Translations under genes and position numbers: made by a program
Shown: positions 9,471-20,355 of the stretch, piece after piece
Position numbering within the stretch: the first letter of the stretch is position 1
How the letters are laid out: each line of letters begins with the position of its first letter
NCBI GenBank assembly: GCA_963803875.1
Contig: CAWDOA010000010.1
Coordinates: forward strand, 57 to 64,056
DNA length: 64,000 bases
Reading direction: 5' to 3'
Source of the DNA: an uncultured Acidimicrobiales bacterium
Lineage (GTDB): Bacteria > Actinomycetota > Acidimicrobiia > Acidimicrobiales > SZUA-35
The notes under the pieces: model-generated
Database searches by the model: none
The model's input: the letters and a program-made list of their open reading frames with translations, nothing else
What the model was told of the DNA's origin: nothing

Positions 9471-11601
9471 TTACCCTGGATCGAGCTTGGACGAGGCAGG
9501 CGCCCGCTCGGGCCAGAAGATCCGGCAGTGACAGACCGTGACCGCCCAGGAACTCGCGCCGGCCGAGGTCGCCGCGCCCTCGTCCCCATCCATCGCCGGG
9601 CGGGGCGAAGTCGACGCCCGGCACCTCGCCACCGATCAACAGCGGCTCCACCCGGTAGACCCGGTCAGTTGCTCGAGCCAGCGGAATGATCAGCGGCGAC
9701 AGTGGTCGAGGTCCTCGTGTGGCGATCGCTGGCCACACTGAACAGTCCCTCCGATCAGCTCGGCATCCACGCACACCGTGGGCCACGATCGAGGGCTCGG
9801 GATGGTCCAGCCGCACCGGCACGCCGGTGTGGAGAAGGTGGCGATGCTCCTTGTACAACCGATCACCTCCCGCAGCGCCGTGTCGGTCGTCGTCCGTCAT
9901 CGTGAGCAGGTTCCACTCGATCCCCAGGTGGCCGAACACGGCCGTGGCCGCGCGAAATCCGAGGCTGTGGGTGCGACCGGTCGTGTGGCTGGTCGGCGGT
10001 CCGATGTGCGAGCCCATCATCTCCGGAGGGACGATCAGCGACGCGCCTCGCTGGATCAGCTGACGGTCAGCGGCGTCGTTGCTGTCCGATGTCCACACCC
10101 GATCGGTACTGGCCAGGATTCCGGCGTCGATCCTGCCACCGCCGCTGGCGCACGATTCCCACTCGACGTCGGGATGGGCCGCCCGTAGATCGTCGAGCAG
10201 CTCGTACAAGCCCCAGCACGTGCGCGGTGCACACCGGCCCGACCGTCGGCACCCGATCCCTGCACGATCGACGCGGTTCATGTCCCACTTCACGTAGCCG
10301 ATTCGATGGCTCGACAGGATGGCGTCGATCTGGTCGAAGAGGTTTGCCCGCACCTCGGGCCGACCGAAGTCCAGGACGAGTTGATGGCGGCCGAGGACCG
10401 GTTCGTAGCCCTCGGTGGTGAGCGTCCACTCGGGATGCAGTCGGTACAGGTCGCGAGTCGGGGTTGACCATCTCGGGTTCGAACCAGATGCCGAACGCCA
10501 TGCCCGTGGCCGGTCACCCGTTCGATCAGCGGGTCGAGACCGGTGGGCCAGACGTCGGGCGACACGTACCAGTCCCCCAGACCCTCTGGTGTCGTCGCGC
10601 CGGCTGCCGAACCAGCCGTCGTCGAGCACGAATCGCTCGACCCCGATATCGGCGGCTGCGTCGGCCGAGTTCGAGGAGTTCTGTCAGGTCGTGATCGAAA
10701 TAGACCGCCTCCCAGGTGTTGAGGTTGACCGGTCGGGGTCCGAGCTCCTTGGGCCGCACGACTCTGGCGCATGTAGCGATGGAAACGGACAGGCGCCGGT
10801 CAACCCGTTGTCGGAGCAGGTGGCGATCACCCGGGGCATGTCGTAGGCCTCACCAGGTCCAAGCTCCGGATCTCGCCCGGGAGCAGCAGCTCGCCCGAGC
10901 TGCAGGAACATCCGGCCGTCGCTCATTCCTCGGCGATCACCCGGTAGTTGCCGCTCCACGCCAGCTGGGCGCCCCACACGTGACCGTCGGATTCGCCGAA
11001 ACCGTCGGTTCCGACGAAGACGACCGGAGCGTTCTCGTGCGAGGTACGGCCGCGGCGGTTCTCCACATCACCTGGCCCGACGAAGGGACGCCGCACCATC
11101 TGGAACTCCATGGTCCAGCGACCCGACAGCGTCAGCAGCTCGGTGGCATGGGTCGGGATCGGCAGTGATGGCGACAGAGCGTGGCAGGATGTAGGGCGTG
11201 TCCCCGGTGTTGGTCAGGACCGCATCGACGGTCACGACCGCCCCGGCGGTCACGGCGATCGTGGTCGACCAGTTGGAGCCCGGCGATCGGTCCTCGAGAA
11301 CGAACGAGATCGAATCGGATTGCATCCGCTCCTCGGTTCTGACTGAACCGGGGCGACCACCCGCTTCCGTCGGGCCGCTGGCCGCTGATCCCCGGAGCGC
11401 CGGGAAAGCCCAGCGACTCCTCGGCGAACAGCCCGATCGGGGGGTGGGACTCCAGGGTGGCCGGCGGCAGGCCGGCCCGGTAGAGCTCGAGGCGTCGGCC
11501 TCGGCCTCGGGCTGCGCTGTAGCGGCCCCACCCGAGGACCTCGGGCATCTCCGTGCCACCGGTGATCTCCACCGAAGTGCCGCCGTGGAGATCCTGTGCA
11601 C
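9471..11601 (-). pseudogene. GH36 alpha-galactosidase, heavily frameshifted (at least 8 shifts)
   Basis: Fragments lie in all three frames. They include GESDGHVWGAQLAWSGNYRV, RPVNLNTWEAVYFDHDL, LDDGWFGSRRDD, MAFGIWFEPEMVNPDS, IGYVKWDMNR, ESCASGGGRID and RVWTSDSNDAADRQ. The ends are approximate. The listed ORF 9241-10629 reads through antisense into the permease. Confidence 0.8.
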
Positions 11602-11602
11602 C

Positions 11603-12525
11603 TCAGTAGACAGGCCGCACGAAGCGGGCCGAGTTCGGTCGGCGCCGGTCGGCCAACGCGGCCGGTCCGTGGGTGGCGATGCGACCGGGCAGCCGATGAT
11701 CGACGGCCGCGCTCGAGGTCCTTGGCCACTGCGAGCAGGGCGGCCAGGTCCACACCGGTCTCGAGCATCGGGTCGTCGTCGGCGAGGTGAACCAGATCCT
11801 CGGTGGCGAGGTTGCCTCCGGCGCCCCTGGCGAAGGGCGATCCACCCAGCCCCCCGACGGCGGTGTCGAACCTGGTCACCCCGTAGCCGATGGCGGTGAA
11901 GGCGTTCACCAGCGCCGTCCCCCGGGTGTCGTGCAGGTGGAGACCCACATCGACGCCGGTCTTGTGGAGGACCCGTTCGATGCGATGGGGGGTGGCCATG
12001 CCGGTCGTGTCGGCGAGGGTGAATCGATTGACGCCCCGCTCGGCCAGCTGGCTCATGAGGTCCGGCACCGTGCCGGTCGGTTCGTCACCGGTGTAGGGGG
12101 AGCCGAAGACGCACGAGATGACGACGTCGACCACACGACCGTCGGCGATCTCCACGATCCGGCCGATCGCCTCGACCGACTCATCGATCGAGCGGCGCAC
12201 GTTGCGCTCGTTGTACACCGGGCAGGCCGACACGGTGACGGTCAGCGCATCGATGTTGGCCGCCAGCGCCATCTCTGCGCCCCGCTCGTTGGGCACCAAG
12301 GCCCACAACCGGACTTCCGAACGGCGATCGACGAGCGCCAACACATCGGCGGCGTTCGCCATCGCAGGAACAGCGGTGGGCGACACGAAACTGACCGCCT
12401 CGATCTCGGTCAAGTCCGGTCCGGCACAGCGCGCTGATGATCTCGGCCCGCCGCTCGACGTTCAGCGGCGCTTCGTTCTGGAGGCCGTCGCGGGGGCCGA
12501 CCTCCCGAATCACGAGTTGCGGCAT
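11603..12525 (-). pseudogene. Hydroxymethylglutaryl-CoA lyase family protein, about 2 frameshifts
   Basis: MPQLVIREVGPRDGLQNE comes first, then a frame change to EIEAVSFVSP...FTLADTTGMATP...GLHLHDTRG. The C-terminus lies in a third frame and ends at 11603. Confidence 0.8.
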
Positions 12526-12599
12526 CCCACGATCATAGCGCCAGCGGCCCCGCCGCCTCTTCCGCATTAGACTCTACGGCATCGGAGCACGGAGGGTCT

Positions 12600-14091
12600 G
12601 TGCACACGATCGTCGTCCTCGGCGACCAGCTGAACGAGCGAATCGGCGCCCTGGCCACAGCCAGACCCGGACGAACACCGCATCCTCATGGTCGAGAGCG
12701 AGGCGATCCTCGCGATCGGGCCGCCACCGTCAGCGCCTCCACCTCGTCACGACGGCGATGCGACGCTTCGCCGCCGAGCTGAGGCCGACAGGGGATTCGA
12801 GGTCGACTATCGCCGAGCACCGACCATGCGGGATCGGGCATCGAGGCACACCTGCACCGAGCACGGCCCGGACCGGCCTGATCGCAACCGAACCGAACAG
12901 TCGGCGGGCGCAGGACCCTGCTCGACGACCTCGGAGCGTCGAGCTGGTCCGATCGAATCAGTTCCTGTGCCACTACGACGACTTCGCAGACGTGGGCCAG
13001 GGATCGGAAGTCGCTGAAGATGGAGGACTTCTATCGCTGGACCAGAACCAATCTGGGTTATCTGATGGACGGCGACGAACCCGAACAGGGCCGATGGAAC
13101 TTCGACGCCGACAATCGTCGACCCACCACCCGACGACCCGGACATCTTCTCCAGACCGTCACGGTCGAGCACTCGACGATGTCGATCGAGCCGTGCTCGA
13201 TTCCCTTCCGGTCACCGGCGGCCAGACACCTGTTGGGCTGTGGGCGACGAGCAGGAAAGCGGCGCTCCAGCGGCTTCGGCACTTCGTCGAGAACGAACTG
13301 CCCACGTTCGGGCCCTACGAGGACGCCATGACCACGGGGAGCTGGCATCTGTCCCACAGCCTCCTCAGCCCCTATCTGAACATCGGTCTCCTGATGCCCG
13401 ACGAGGTCGTCGAGGCGGCCATCGCCGAGTACGAGGCCGGTCGGGCTCCAATTCATTCCGTCGAAGGATTCGTGCGCCAGATCATCGGGTGGCGGGAGTA
13501 CGTGTGGGGCCTCTACTGGCTGTGGCCCGACCACGTCGATGCCAACGTCTTCGACCACCGCCGCCACGTACCGCCGCATGCTGACCGGTGAGGCCGACCA
13601 CCGAGATGGTGTGCGTCTCCGAGGCGGTCGACGGTCTCGAGGAACGGGCATACGTGCACCACATCCAACGGCTGATGGTGCTGTCGAACTTCGCCAACCT
13701 CTACGGCATCGAGCCGAGGCGGTTGATGCACTGGATGTGGCGAAACTACATCGACGGCGCCGAATGGGTGATGATCCCGAATGTGATGGGCATGGCGTTG
13801 TGGGCCGACGGTGGGCGAATGGCGACCAAGCCCTACGTCTCGGGCGGCGCCTACATCAATCGCATGAGCGACTACTGCAGCGAACTGTCGCTTCGATCCG
13901 AAGAAGCGGACCGGATCGACCAGTCCTGTCCGTTCACCACTCTCTACTGGGACTTCATGGCGAGAAACCGGGTGCTCGAGAAGGCCAATCATCGGATGAG
14001 CCGGGCGGTGGCCAATCTCGATCGCCTGAAGCGACATCGACGACGTACGGTCACGAGCTCGAGAGGTGAAAGACAAGATCGCAGCTGGTGA
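12600..14091 (+). pseudogene. Cryptochrome/photolyase-family protein of the FeS-BCP / (6-4) photolyase-related type, at least 5 frameshifts
   Basis: The fragments are VHTIVVLGDQLN, MEDFYRWTR...GRWNFDADNR, WATSRKAALQRLRHFVENELPTFGPYEDAM...HSLLSPYLNIGLL, and HHIQRLMVLSNF...MSDYC...CPFTTLYWDF. Confidence 0.75.
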
Positions 14092-14148
14092 GCTGTAGTG
14101 CTCTGGTTGATCACACGTTGAGTTGGCCCACGGCCTAGGTTGGCGAGC

Positions 14149-14889
14149 ATGTTCGAGAACACGATCATGCTGATCACCGGCGCTTCTCGAGGTATCGGCG
14201 CCGCAACCGCGGAGATGGCAGCACAACGTGGCGCAGCCGTGTTCATCAACTACCGGAGCAATCATGATGCCGCCAATGCAGTAGTGGATCGCTGTCGAGC
14301 GACCGGTTCACAGGCTGCGGCATTCGCCGGGGATATCAGCAACGAAGAAGACGTCCTGGCAATGTACGCCGAGTGCATCGGACACTTCGGCCCGCCCAAC
14401 GTGCTCGTCAACAACGCCGGCATCCTTCACAACCTCGACCGAGTGGAGAACTACACCGCCCAACGACTCCATGAGGTGGTGAACGTGAACATCGTGGGCG
14501 CCTTCTTGTGTGCCAGGGAAGCGGTCAAGATCATGTCGGACAAGCGGGGTGGCAACGGTGGATCAATAGTGAACGTCTCCTCCGCAGCGTCCTATCTGGG
14601 CAGCCCCAACGAATATGTCGACTACGCCGCAACCAAAGGTGCGATGGACACGATGACCATCGGATTGGCCCGAGAGGTGGCTGACGAAGGCATCAGGGTG
14701 AACGCTGTACGACCCGGTCTGATAGACACCGATATGCACGAGGGCGATCGGCTTGAACGGTTGTGGCGAAACATCCCGATGCAGCGAACCGGCACCCCGG
14801 ACGAGGTTGCCGAAGCGATCTTGTTTCTGGCCTCGGATGCGTCGAGCTACGTGAACGGGGCCCTGCTGAACGTCTCGGGCGCCCGCTAG
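14149..14889 (+). CDS. SDR-family short-chain dehydrogenase/reductase
   Basis: Intact ORF with TGASRGIG, NNAG and a YxxxK region (YAATKGA). By eye it is less GC-rich than block 2 to its left. Confidence 0.9.
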   Translation: MFENTIMLITGASRGIGAATAEMAAQRGAAVFINYRSNHDAANAVVDRCRATGSQAAAFAGDISNEEDVLAMYAECIGHFGPPNVLVNNAGILHNLDRVENYTAQRLHEVVNVNIVGAFLCAREAVKIMSDKRGGNGGSIVNVSSAASYLGSPNEYVDYAATKGAMDTMTIGLAREVADEGIRVNAVRPGLIDTDMHEGDRLERLWRNIPMQRTGTPDEVAEAILFLASDASSYVNGALLNVSGAR

Positions 14890-15054
14890 GAGGCTGCTGA
14901 TTAATGCCGTTGAGGTTCAGGGCGGCCAGGCGCCGTTCACGCAAGGACGCAGATTCTGACACTCCTTGTGAGCGGAATGGCAGGATTGAGGACGAAGCGT
15001 GGGCGGATGGAAGGGTGTTCTGGGCCCAGCATGTATTGATCAGCAGCCTCCTAG
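14886..15054. repeat. MITE-like element: 20-bp terminal inverted repeats (19/20) around about 129 bp
   Basis: ctaggaggctgctgattaat at 14886-14905 pairs with attgatcagcagcctcctag at 15035-15054. The outermost 15 bp are perfect. The two TAG stops of the convergent flanking genes lie inside the repeat termini. Confidence 0.6.
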
Positions 15055-15721
15055 GTCGCAACAGACCCGTCGGCGGCGTGGAGCCGCTTCAACACACGGG
15101 CCAACGCCGTTGCGTCGAGGGCGCCGGGAACGGCGTAGGCCATATTGAACACAAACGTGGGGACAGCGGTGATGTCATTGTCGGCCGCCACCTGCAGGTC
15201 GTCGGCCACCTCTGCTTGTCCCCCACCGGACGTCGAGCCAGGCGCGGAGCTCCTCGCCATCGAGGCCCACGTCAGCCGCCAGTCCGATGAGTGTGTCCAG
15301 ATCACCAATTGCAGCACCTTCGTACGAAGTACGCCCTGAGCAAGCGCTCTTTCAGCTCCCCCTGGACGCCCTTGGCAAGGGCGAAGGCGAGTACTCGATG
15401 GCCGAGGATGGTGTTGGACCGTTTGGCGATGTCGAGGCGGAAATCGAGGCCTTCGCCGGCGGCTTCGTTGGTCATGTGGGCGATGAGTTCCTGTGCCCGT
15501 TCGGGCCCGCCGAACTTCTTCTCGTACACCTCCCGGACCAATTGGTCCTCGCCCACCGGTGCCGTGGGGTCGAGTTGAAATGCGTGATACTCGACCTCGA
15601 CCTCGAGGTCGGGGTGTTCTTCTGTGGCCATCCGAATGGCCGACTCCATGCGGCGTTTCCCGATGTAACACCACGGGCACACGATGTCGGACCAAATGTC
15701 GATTTTCACCGGAGTGGGCAC
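15051..15721 (-). pseudogene. DsbA/FrnE-like thiol oxidoreductase, 2 frameshifts
   Basis: The N-terminus is IDIWSDIVCPWCYIGKRR (CPWC active site). The C-terminus, DDLQVAADNDITAVPTFVFN...GA, lies in another frame, and the middle part lies in a third. Confidence 0.8.
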
Positions 15722-15822
15722 CCGTTCAGGCTAGACACTCCCATGCCCGACCTTGGAGTACCGGCGAACGAATTGTCCTCACGCACAGCAGCCGGCGGTA
15801 GTGGTCGCCGGCTGGGCGCACG

Positions 15823-17484
15823 TCAGGCGGTCTCGATTGCAGCGGCCGAAGCGAGACCAAGGTCGTCGATGGCCTGATCGCGTAGCTTGAACTTCTGGAT
15901 CTTGCCGGTGACGGTCATGGGGAACTCGTCGGTGATCTGCACATAGCGGGGGATCTTGTAGTGAGCGATCTTGCCGCGGCAGAACTCCCGTACTTCGTCG
16001 GCGTCGAGAGTCTCGCCGTCGGCGGCCAGCACAAACGCCATCAGCTCCTCGCCGTACTTCGCGTCGGGCACGCCGACCACTTGGACGTCTTGAATCTTGG
16101 GGTGGCTGTAGAGGAACTCTTCGATCTCTCGGGGGTACACGTTTTCTCCGCCCCGGATCACCATGTCCTTGATCCGGCCCACGATGTTGACATAACCGTC
16201 CTCGTCCATGACCGCAATGTCTCCCGAGTGCATCCAGCCGTCGTCATCTATCGATTCCGCGGTTCGCTCCGGCTCCTCCCAATACCCCAGCATCACCGAG
16301 TATCCCTTGGTGCAGAACTCGCCCGGGGTGCCTCTCGGAACGGTATCCCCGCTTTCCGGATCGATCACTTTCACTTCGATATGGGGTTGGACTCGGCCAA
16401 CCGTGGAGACCCGTTTCTCTACCGGATCATCGGTGGCGGTCTGGGTGCTGACAGGAGAGGTCTCGGTCATGCCGTAGGCGATGGTGACTTCGTTCATGTT
16501 CATCTCACTCATTGTCTGTCGCATCACCTCGATCGGGCACGGGGAGCCAGCCATGATCCCCGTACGCAGTGACGACAGGTCGTAGTGGGGGAAGCTGTCC
16601 TCGGAAAGCTGGGCGATGAACATGGTGGGAACGCCATACAGACTGGTTGCTCGTTCTTCGGCCACGGCCTTCAGCGTGGCGATCGGCTCGAATGAAGCAG
16701 CCGGGTAGATGGCCGCAGCGCCGTGCGTGGTGCACCCGAGGTTGCCCATCACCTGACCAAAGCAGTGATACAGCGGAACGGGGATCATCACCCGGTCGTC
16801 TTCGGTGTAACCGCACGCCTCCGCCACGAAATAACCGTTGTTCAGTATGTTCCGATGGCTCAGGGTTGCGCCCTTGGGGAACCCGGTCGTCCCCGACGTG
16901 TACTGGATGTTTATCGGATCGGTCGGCAACAGCCCCGCCTCTATCTCGGCAACCTCCTCGCTCGTGACCCGATCGGCAGCCCCCAGAAGGTCGTCCCAAT
17001 CGGCTGTTCCTATGAAGATGACCTGTTCCAGACCGGGGACGTCATCTCTGATTTCGGCGACCATTGCCCGATAATCACTGGTCTTGAACGTGGTGGCCGC
17101 CACCAGTCCCTTGCAACCGGATTGATTCAGGACGTAGGCCACCTCATGGGTTCGATAGGCGGGATTGATACTCACCTGTATCACGCCGATTCGCGCCGTT
17201 GCGTACTGAATCAGTGCCCACTCACTCACATTCGGCGCCCAGATTCCGATGCGATCTCCCTTCGAAAACCCCCGTGCCACCAACGCCCTCGCAACAATGT
17301 CGATCTCGTTCCAGAACTGGTGGTAGGTCCAACGAATGTCCTGATGTTTGACCACCAGCGCTTCCCTGGTTCCATGCAACCCCACCGTGCGGGCCAGATT
17401 CTGGCCGATCGTCTCTTCGAGTAGAGCCGGCTCGGAAGCTCCCACTGTATGACTGCCATCCGAGTTCAGATCGATCGTCTCCAT
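15823..17484 (-). CDS. AMP-dependent acyl-CoA synthetase/ligase
   Basis: Intact 553-aa ORF with [18 protein letters not shown]-like AYGMTETSP, and [20 protein letters not shown]. Confidence 0.9.
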   Translation of the reverse strand: METIDLNSDGSHTVGASEPALLEETIGQNLARTVGLHGTREALVVKHQDIRWTYHQFWNEIDIVARALVARGFSKGDRIGIWAPNVSEWALIQYATARIGVIQVSINPAYRTHEVAYVLNQSGCKGLVAATTFKTSDYRAMVAEIRDDVPGLEQVIFIGTADWDDLLGAADRVTSEEVAEIEAGLLPTDPINIQYTSGTTGFPKGATLSHRNILNNGYFVAEACGYTEDDRVMIPVPLYHCFGQVMGNLGCTTHGAAAIYPAASFEPIATLKAVAEERATSLYGVPTMFIAQLSEDSFPHYDLSSLRTGIMAGSPCPIEVMRQTMSEMNMNEVTIAYGMTETSPVSTQTATDDPVEKRVSTVGRVQPHIEVKVIDPESGDTVPRGTPGEFCTKGYSVMLGYWEEPERTAESIDDDGWMHSGDIAVMDEDGYVNIVGRIKDMVIRGGENVYPREIEEFLYSHPKIQDVQVVGVPDAKYGEELMAFVLAADGETLDADEVREFCRGKIAHYKIPRYVQITDEFPMTVTGKIQKFKLRDQAIDDLGLASAAAIETA

Positions 17485-17544
17485 CTCACAAAGGTAGTTG
17501 CGCCGATGGCGGCGGTCACCTTCGGTTGTCGCGAAGTTGGTGAT

Positions 17545-18874
17545 CTAGAAGTACAACCCGGGCAGGTCGAGCACGCGTTCGAGCTCGGCCAGCGCAACGC
17601 GCACCTCGGTCACGAGGGCCGGGTCGGCGAGATCGCCCGGATCCAGTTGAGCTCGATAGTGGGTCATCACCCAGCTCTCGAGCTCGTCGAGAATCAGATC
17701 GTCTACCAGAACACGACCCCTGACGCCGGCTCGTTCGGCGGGAGTCATGACCACCCGAAGCCGTAGGCAGGCCGGACCGCCGCCGTTTCGCATCGACTCC
17801 CGAAGATCCATGGTTTCAACCGCTCTGATCGGGTTGCCTGGATCGGCGAGGGCCCGGGCAAGGTACTCCCGGGTCGAGGTGGTTTCTTCGGTTTCGAGTG
17901 GCGCGAGAAGTGTCATCGTGCCGTCGGGCATTGTTGTCAACTGGCTGTTGAAGAGATAGGACGAAATGGCGTCGGCGAGCGGCACCTCGGCGTCCCGCAC
18001 TTCAACCACGTCGACCCCGAGTTCCCGGTACACCGACTCCGGATTCTCGAAGGCCAACTGATGGGTGAACAGAACGTTCTCGTTGACGACCGAAACCACG
18101 TCGTTGTGGAACGCTCCGGCATCAATTGCCTGCCCAGCCTGACGCACATGGACGACCCGCTCCTGGTCCAGACCATGAGCCGCAGCGATCAGCTGCCCCG
18201 CAAGCCGTGACTGCCGGCGGGGATACCGCTGCGGACATCATCGGTTCATCGGCATCGCGTCCGTAGACGAATACCGCTGTCCCCGGATCGCTGTGACGGG
18301 CCGTGACCCTGCCGTGGTTTGCCGCCCCCTCATCGGCGAACGCGAGGGCCGATGGGAGCGGCGGATGGACTTTGAAGAGACTCTGATCAGCGAAGATCGC
18401 ACGCAGCATTGCCGTGGTTCCGGATGGTTCAAGCGCCCGGTGGATAGTGGACACCAGGTTGGCGGGGGTGAAGTGGATTCGTCGGTCCGAGGTGTCAGCT
18501 GACGGCGAGACCGTGGCAGCGTTGGCAGCCCACATCGATGACGCTGACATCAGCACTGGCACCAACTGCGGCGCTGCCGCCACGGCCGCACCCAGGGTCT
18601 CGAAGCCCAACGCTCTGAGCGAAACGGGATCGGGCCGGAGGGGCGGAGGCAGGACGCCCTGCACCAGACCAAGCGAATGAAGTCGTCTCATCTTCGCAAT
18701 GCCCTGGAGGGCAGCAGTTCGGGGGCTCGATACACCCCCGGCATTCTCCTTTGACGCCCGATTTCCCAACGACAGCCCCGCATAGTTGTGAGTCGGACCA
18801 ACCAGCCCGTCGAAGTTGACCTCTACCGCTTCATCCGTGCTCATTGAATCCGTGCTCATTGAATCCGCGCTCAT
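17545..18874 (-). pseudogene. astB: N-succinylarginine dihydrolase, one frameshift near 18230
   Basis: EVNFDGLVGPTHNYAGLSLGNRASKEN, SSMWAANAATVSPSADT and DEGAANH come first. After a frame change, AIDAGAFHNDVVSVVNENVLFTHQLAF follows. Three in-frame ATGs lie in a 15-bp triplication at the 5' end. Confidence 0.85.
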
Positions 18875-18899
18875 TGAAGCCGTGCCGAATCGAGTGACC

Positions 18900-20351
18900 T
18901 CATTCGCTGAGGCCTCGGATCGGCACGGCGGAGTCGGCGGGGTTTTCGTAGGCCATGGTTGCCACCGGATATGCGCAGAAGTCGGCAGCTGTCCAGCCCG
19001 CAGGTCGATGATTCCCGCTCGCCCCGATGCCACCGAACGGGAGGCGACCCGAGGCCCCGGTTGTCGGGCAATTGAAGTTCACCACCCCGGCCTTGATCAC
19101 CTGCCTGAAACGGTCGAAGTTGGCCGGATCAGCCGAGACGAGACCGGCGGCCAATCCGAATTCGGTATCGGCTGCAGCGGCGAAGGCGGCGTCGAGATCG
19201 TCGAATCGATGCACCGTGATCACCGGACCGAAGACTTCGTCATCATCGAGTTCGATTCCGTCAGCGGCGACGATGGTCGGCCGAACAAACGCACCGTCCA
19301 GGTCGGTGCAGCCTGCGGTGAGTTCGATTCCACCACGGGCTGTCAGCTCAGCCACATGCGATCGAACCCGATCCGCGGCCGCAACGTTGATGACCGGACC
19401 CATGAACGGCTCAGGCTCGTCCCCAGGCGTACCGATCCTCAGCCGCATCGTGTGATCGACGAGCTCGGCTAGTAGTGCATCGCCGTCGGGTCCACGTGGG
19501 ATGTATATGCGGCGCGCACATGTGCACCGTTGGCCTGCGGTGATGAACGCCGAACGAATGATGAGGTTCACAACCGTGTCGCGGTCGGGTACGTCCGCTA
19601 TGACCAGCGGATTGTTGCCACCCATCTCCAAGGCCAGGAGCACATTTGGCCTACCGGCCAGCGCTCGGTGAATGGCCCGGCCGGTTGAAACCGACCCCGT
19701 GAATGCGAGGGCATCTATGTCGCCACTGACCAAGGCCTCTCCAGCGTCCCGGGCGCCAACCACCATGTTCAGCACTCCCGGTGGGACGCCTGCATCGGTC
19801 AAATATTGGGTGTGCACTGCGGCAACGAGAGGTGTCAGTTCACTGGGTTTGTAGACCACTGCGTTTCCGGCGATGAGCGCGGGGATGATCTGACCGTTGG
19901 GTAAGTGGGCAGGGAAATTGAACGGACCGAGGACACCGACCACACCGACAGGTCGGTAGGTCAGCGACGCATTGTCGTTCACCGAAACATCGGGGTTCCG
20001 ATCGGCGTGAGCGTCAATGGACAAGGCCACCTTCCCGATCACGGATGCGACCTCGGTATCAGCTTCCCATCGTGGCTTTCCGGTCTCGGCCGAAATCGCC
20101 TCGGAAAGTACGGAACGGTTGGCGTCGAGCAGTTCGGCGAACCGTTTCAGCACGAGAACTCGGTCCTGCAACGAGGTGCGCTCCCACGCCGGCTGAGCTG
20201 ACCGTGCGCTTGAAACCGCATACGCGACTTCGTCACCGGTTGCCTGGGGTGCCGACCATACGACGGTGTCGTCGACCGGGTTGGTTGAAGTCAGCACGCT
20301 GCCGGAACCATGAGTCCAGGTGCCATCGATCAAACAGGCACGATCGGTCAT
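18900..20351 (-). CDS. astD: Succinylglutamate-semialdehyde dehydrogenase
   Basis: Intact 483-aa aldehyde dehydrogenase with LEMGGNNP and the catalytic Cys in GQRCTC. The C-terminus, PFGGIGASGNHRPAGWTAADFCAYPVA, is typical of AstD. The gene is adjacent to astA and astB. Confidence 0.85.
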   Translation of the reverse strand: MTDRACLIDGTWTHGSGSVLTSTNPVDDTVVWSAPQATGDEVAYAVSSARSAQPAWERTSLQDRVLVLKRFAELLDANRSVLSEAISAETGKPRWEADTEVASVIGKVALSIDAHADRNPDVSVNDNASLTYRPVGVVGVLGPFNFPAHLPNGQIIPALIAGNAVVYKPSELTPLVAAVHTQYLTDAGVPPGVLNMVVGARDAGEALVSGDIDALAFTGSVSTGRAIHRALAGRPNVLLALEMGGNNPLVIADVPDRDTVVNLIIRSAFITAGQRCTCARRIYIPRGPDGDALLAELVDHTMRLRIGTPGDEPEPFMGPVINVAAADRVRSHVAELTARGGIELTAGCTDLDGAFVRPTIVAADGIELDDDEVFGPVITVHRFDDLDAAFAAAADTEFGLAAGLVSADPANFDRFRQVIKAGVVNFNCPTTGASGRLPFGGIGASGNHRPAGWTAADFCAYPVATMAYENPADSAVPIRGLSE

Positions 20352-20355
20352 CGAC

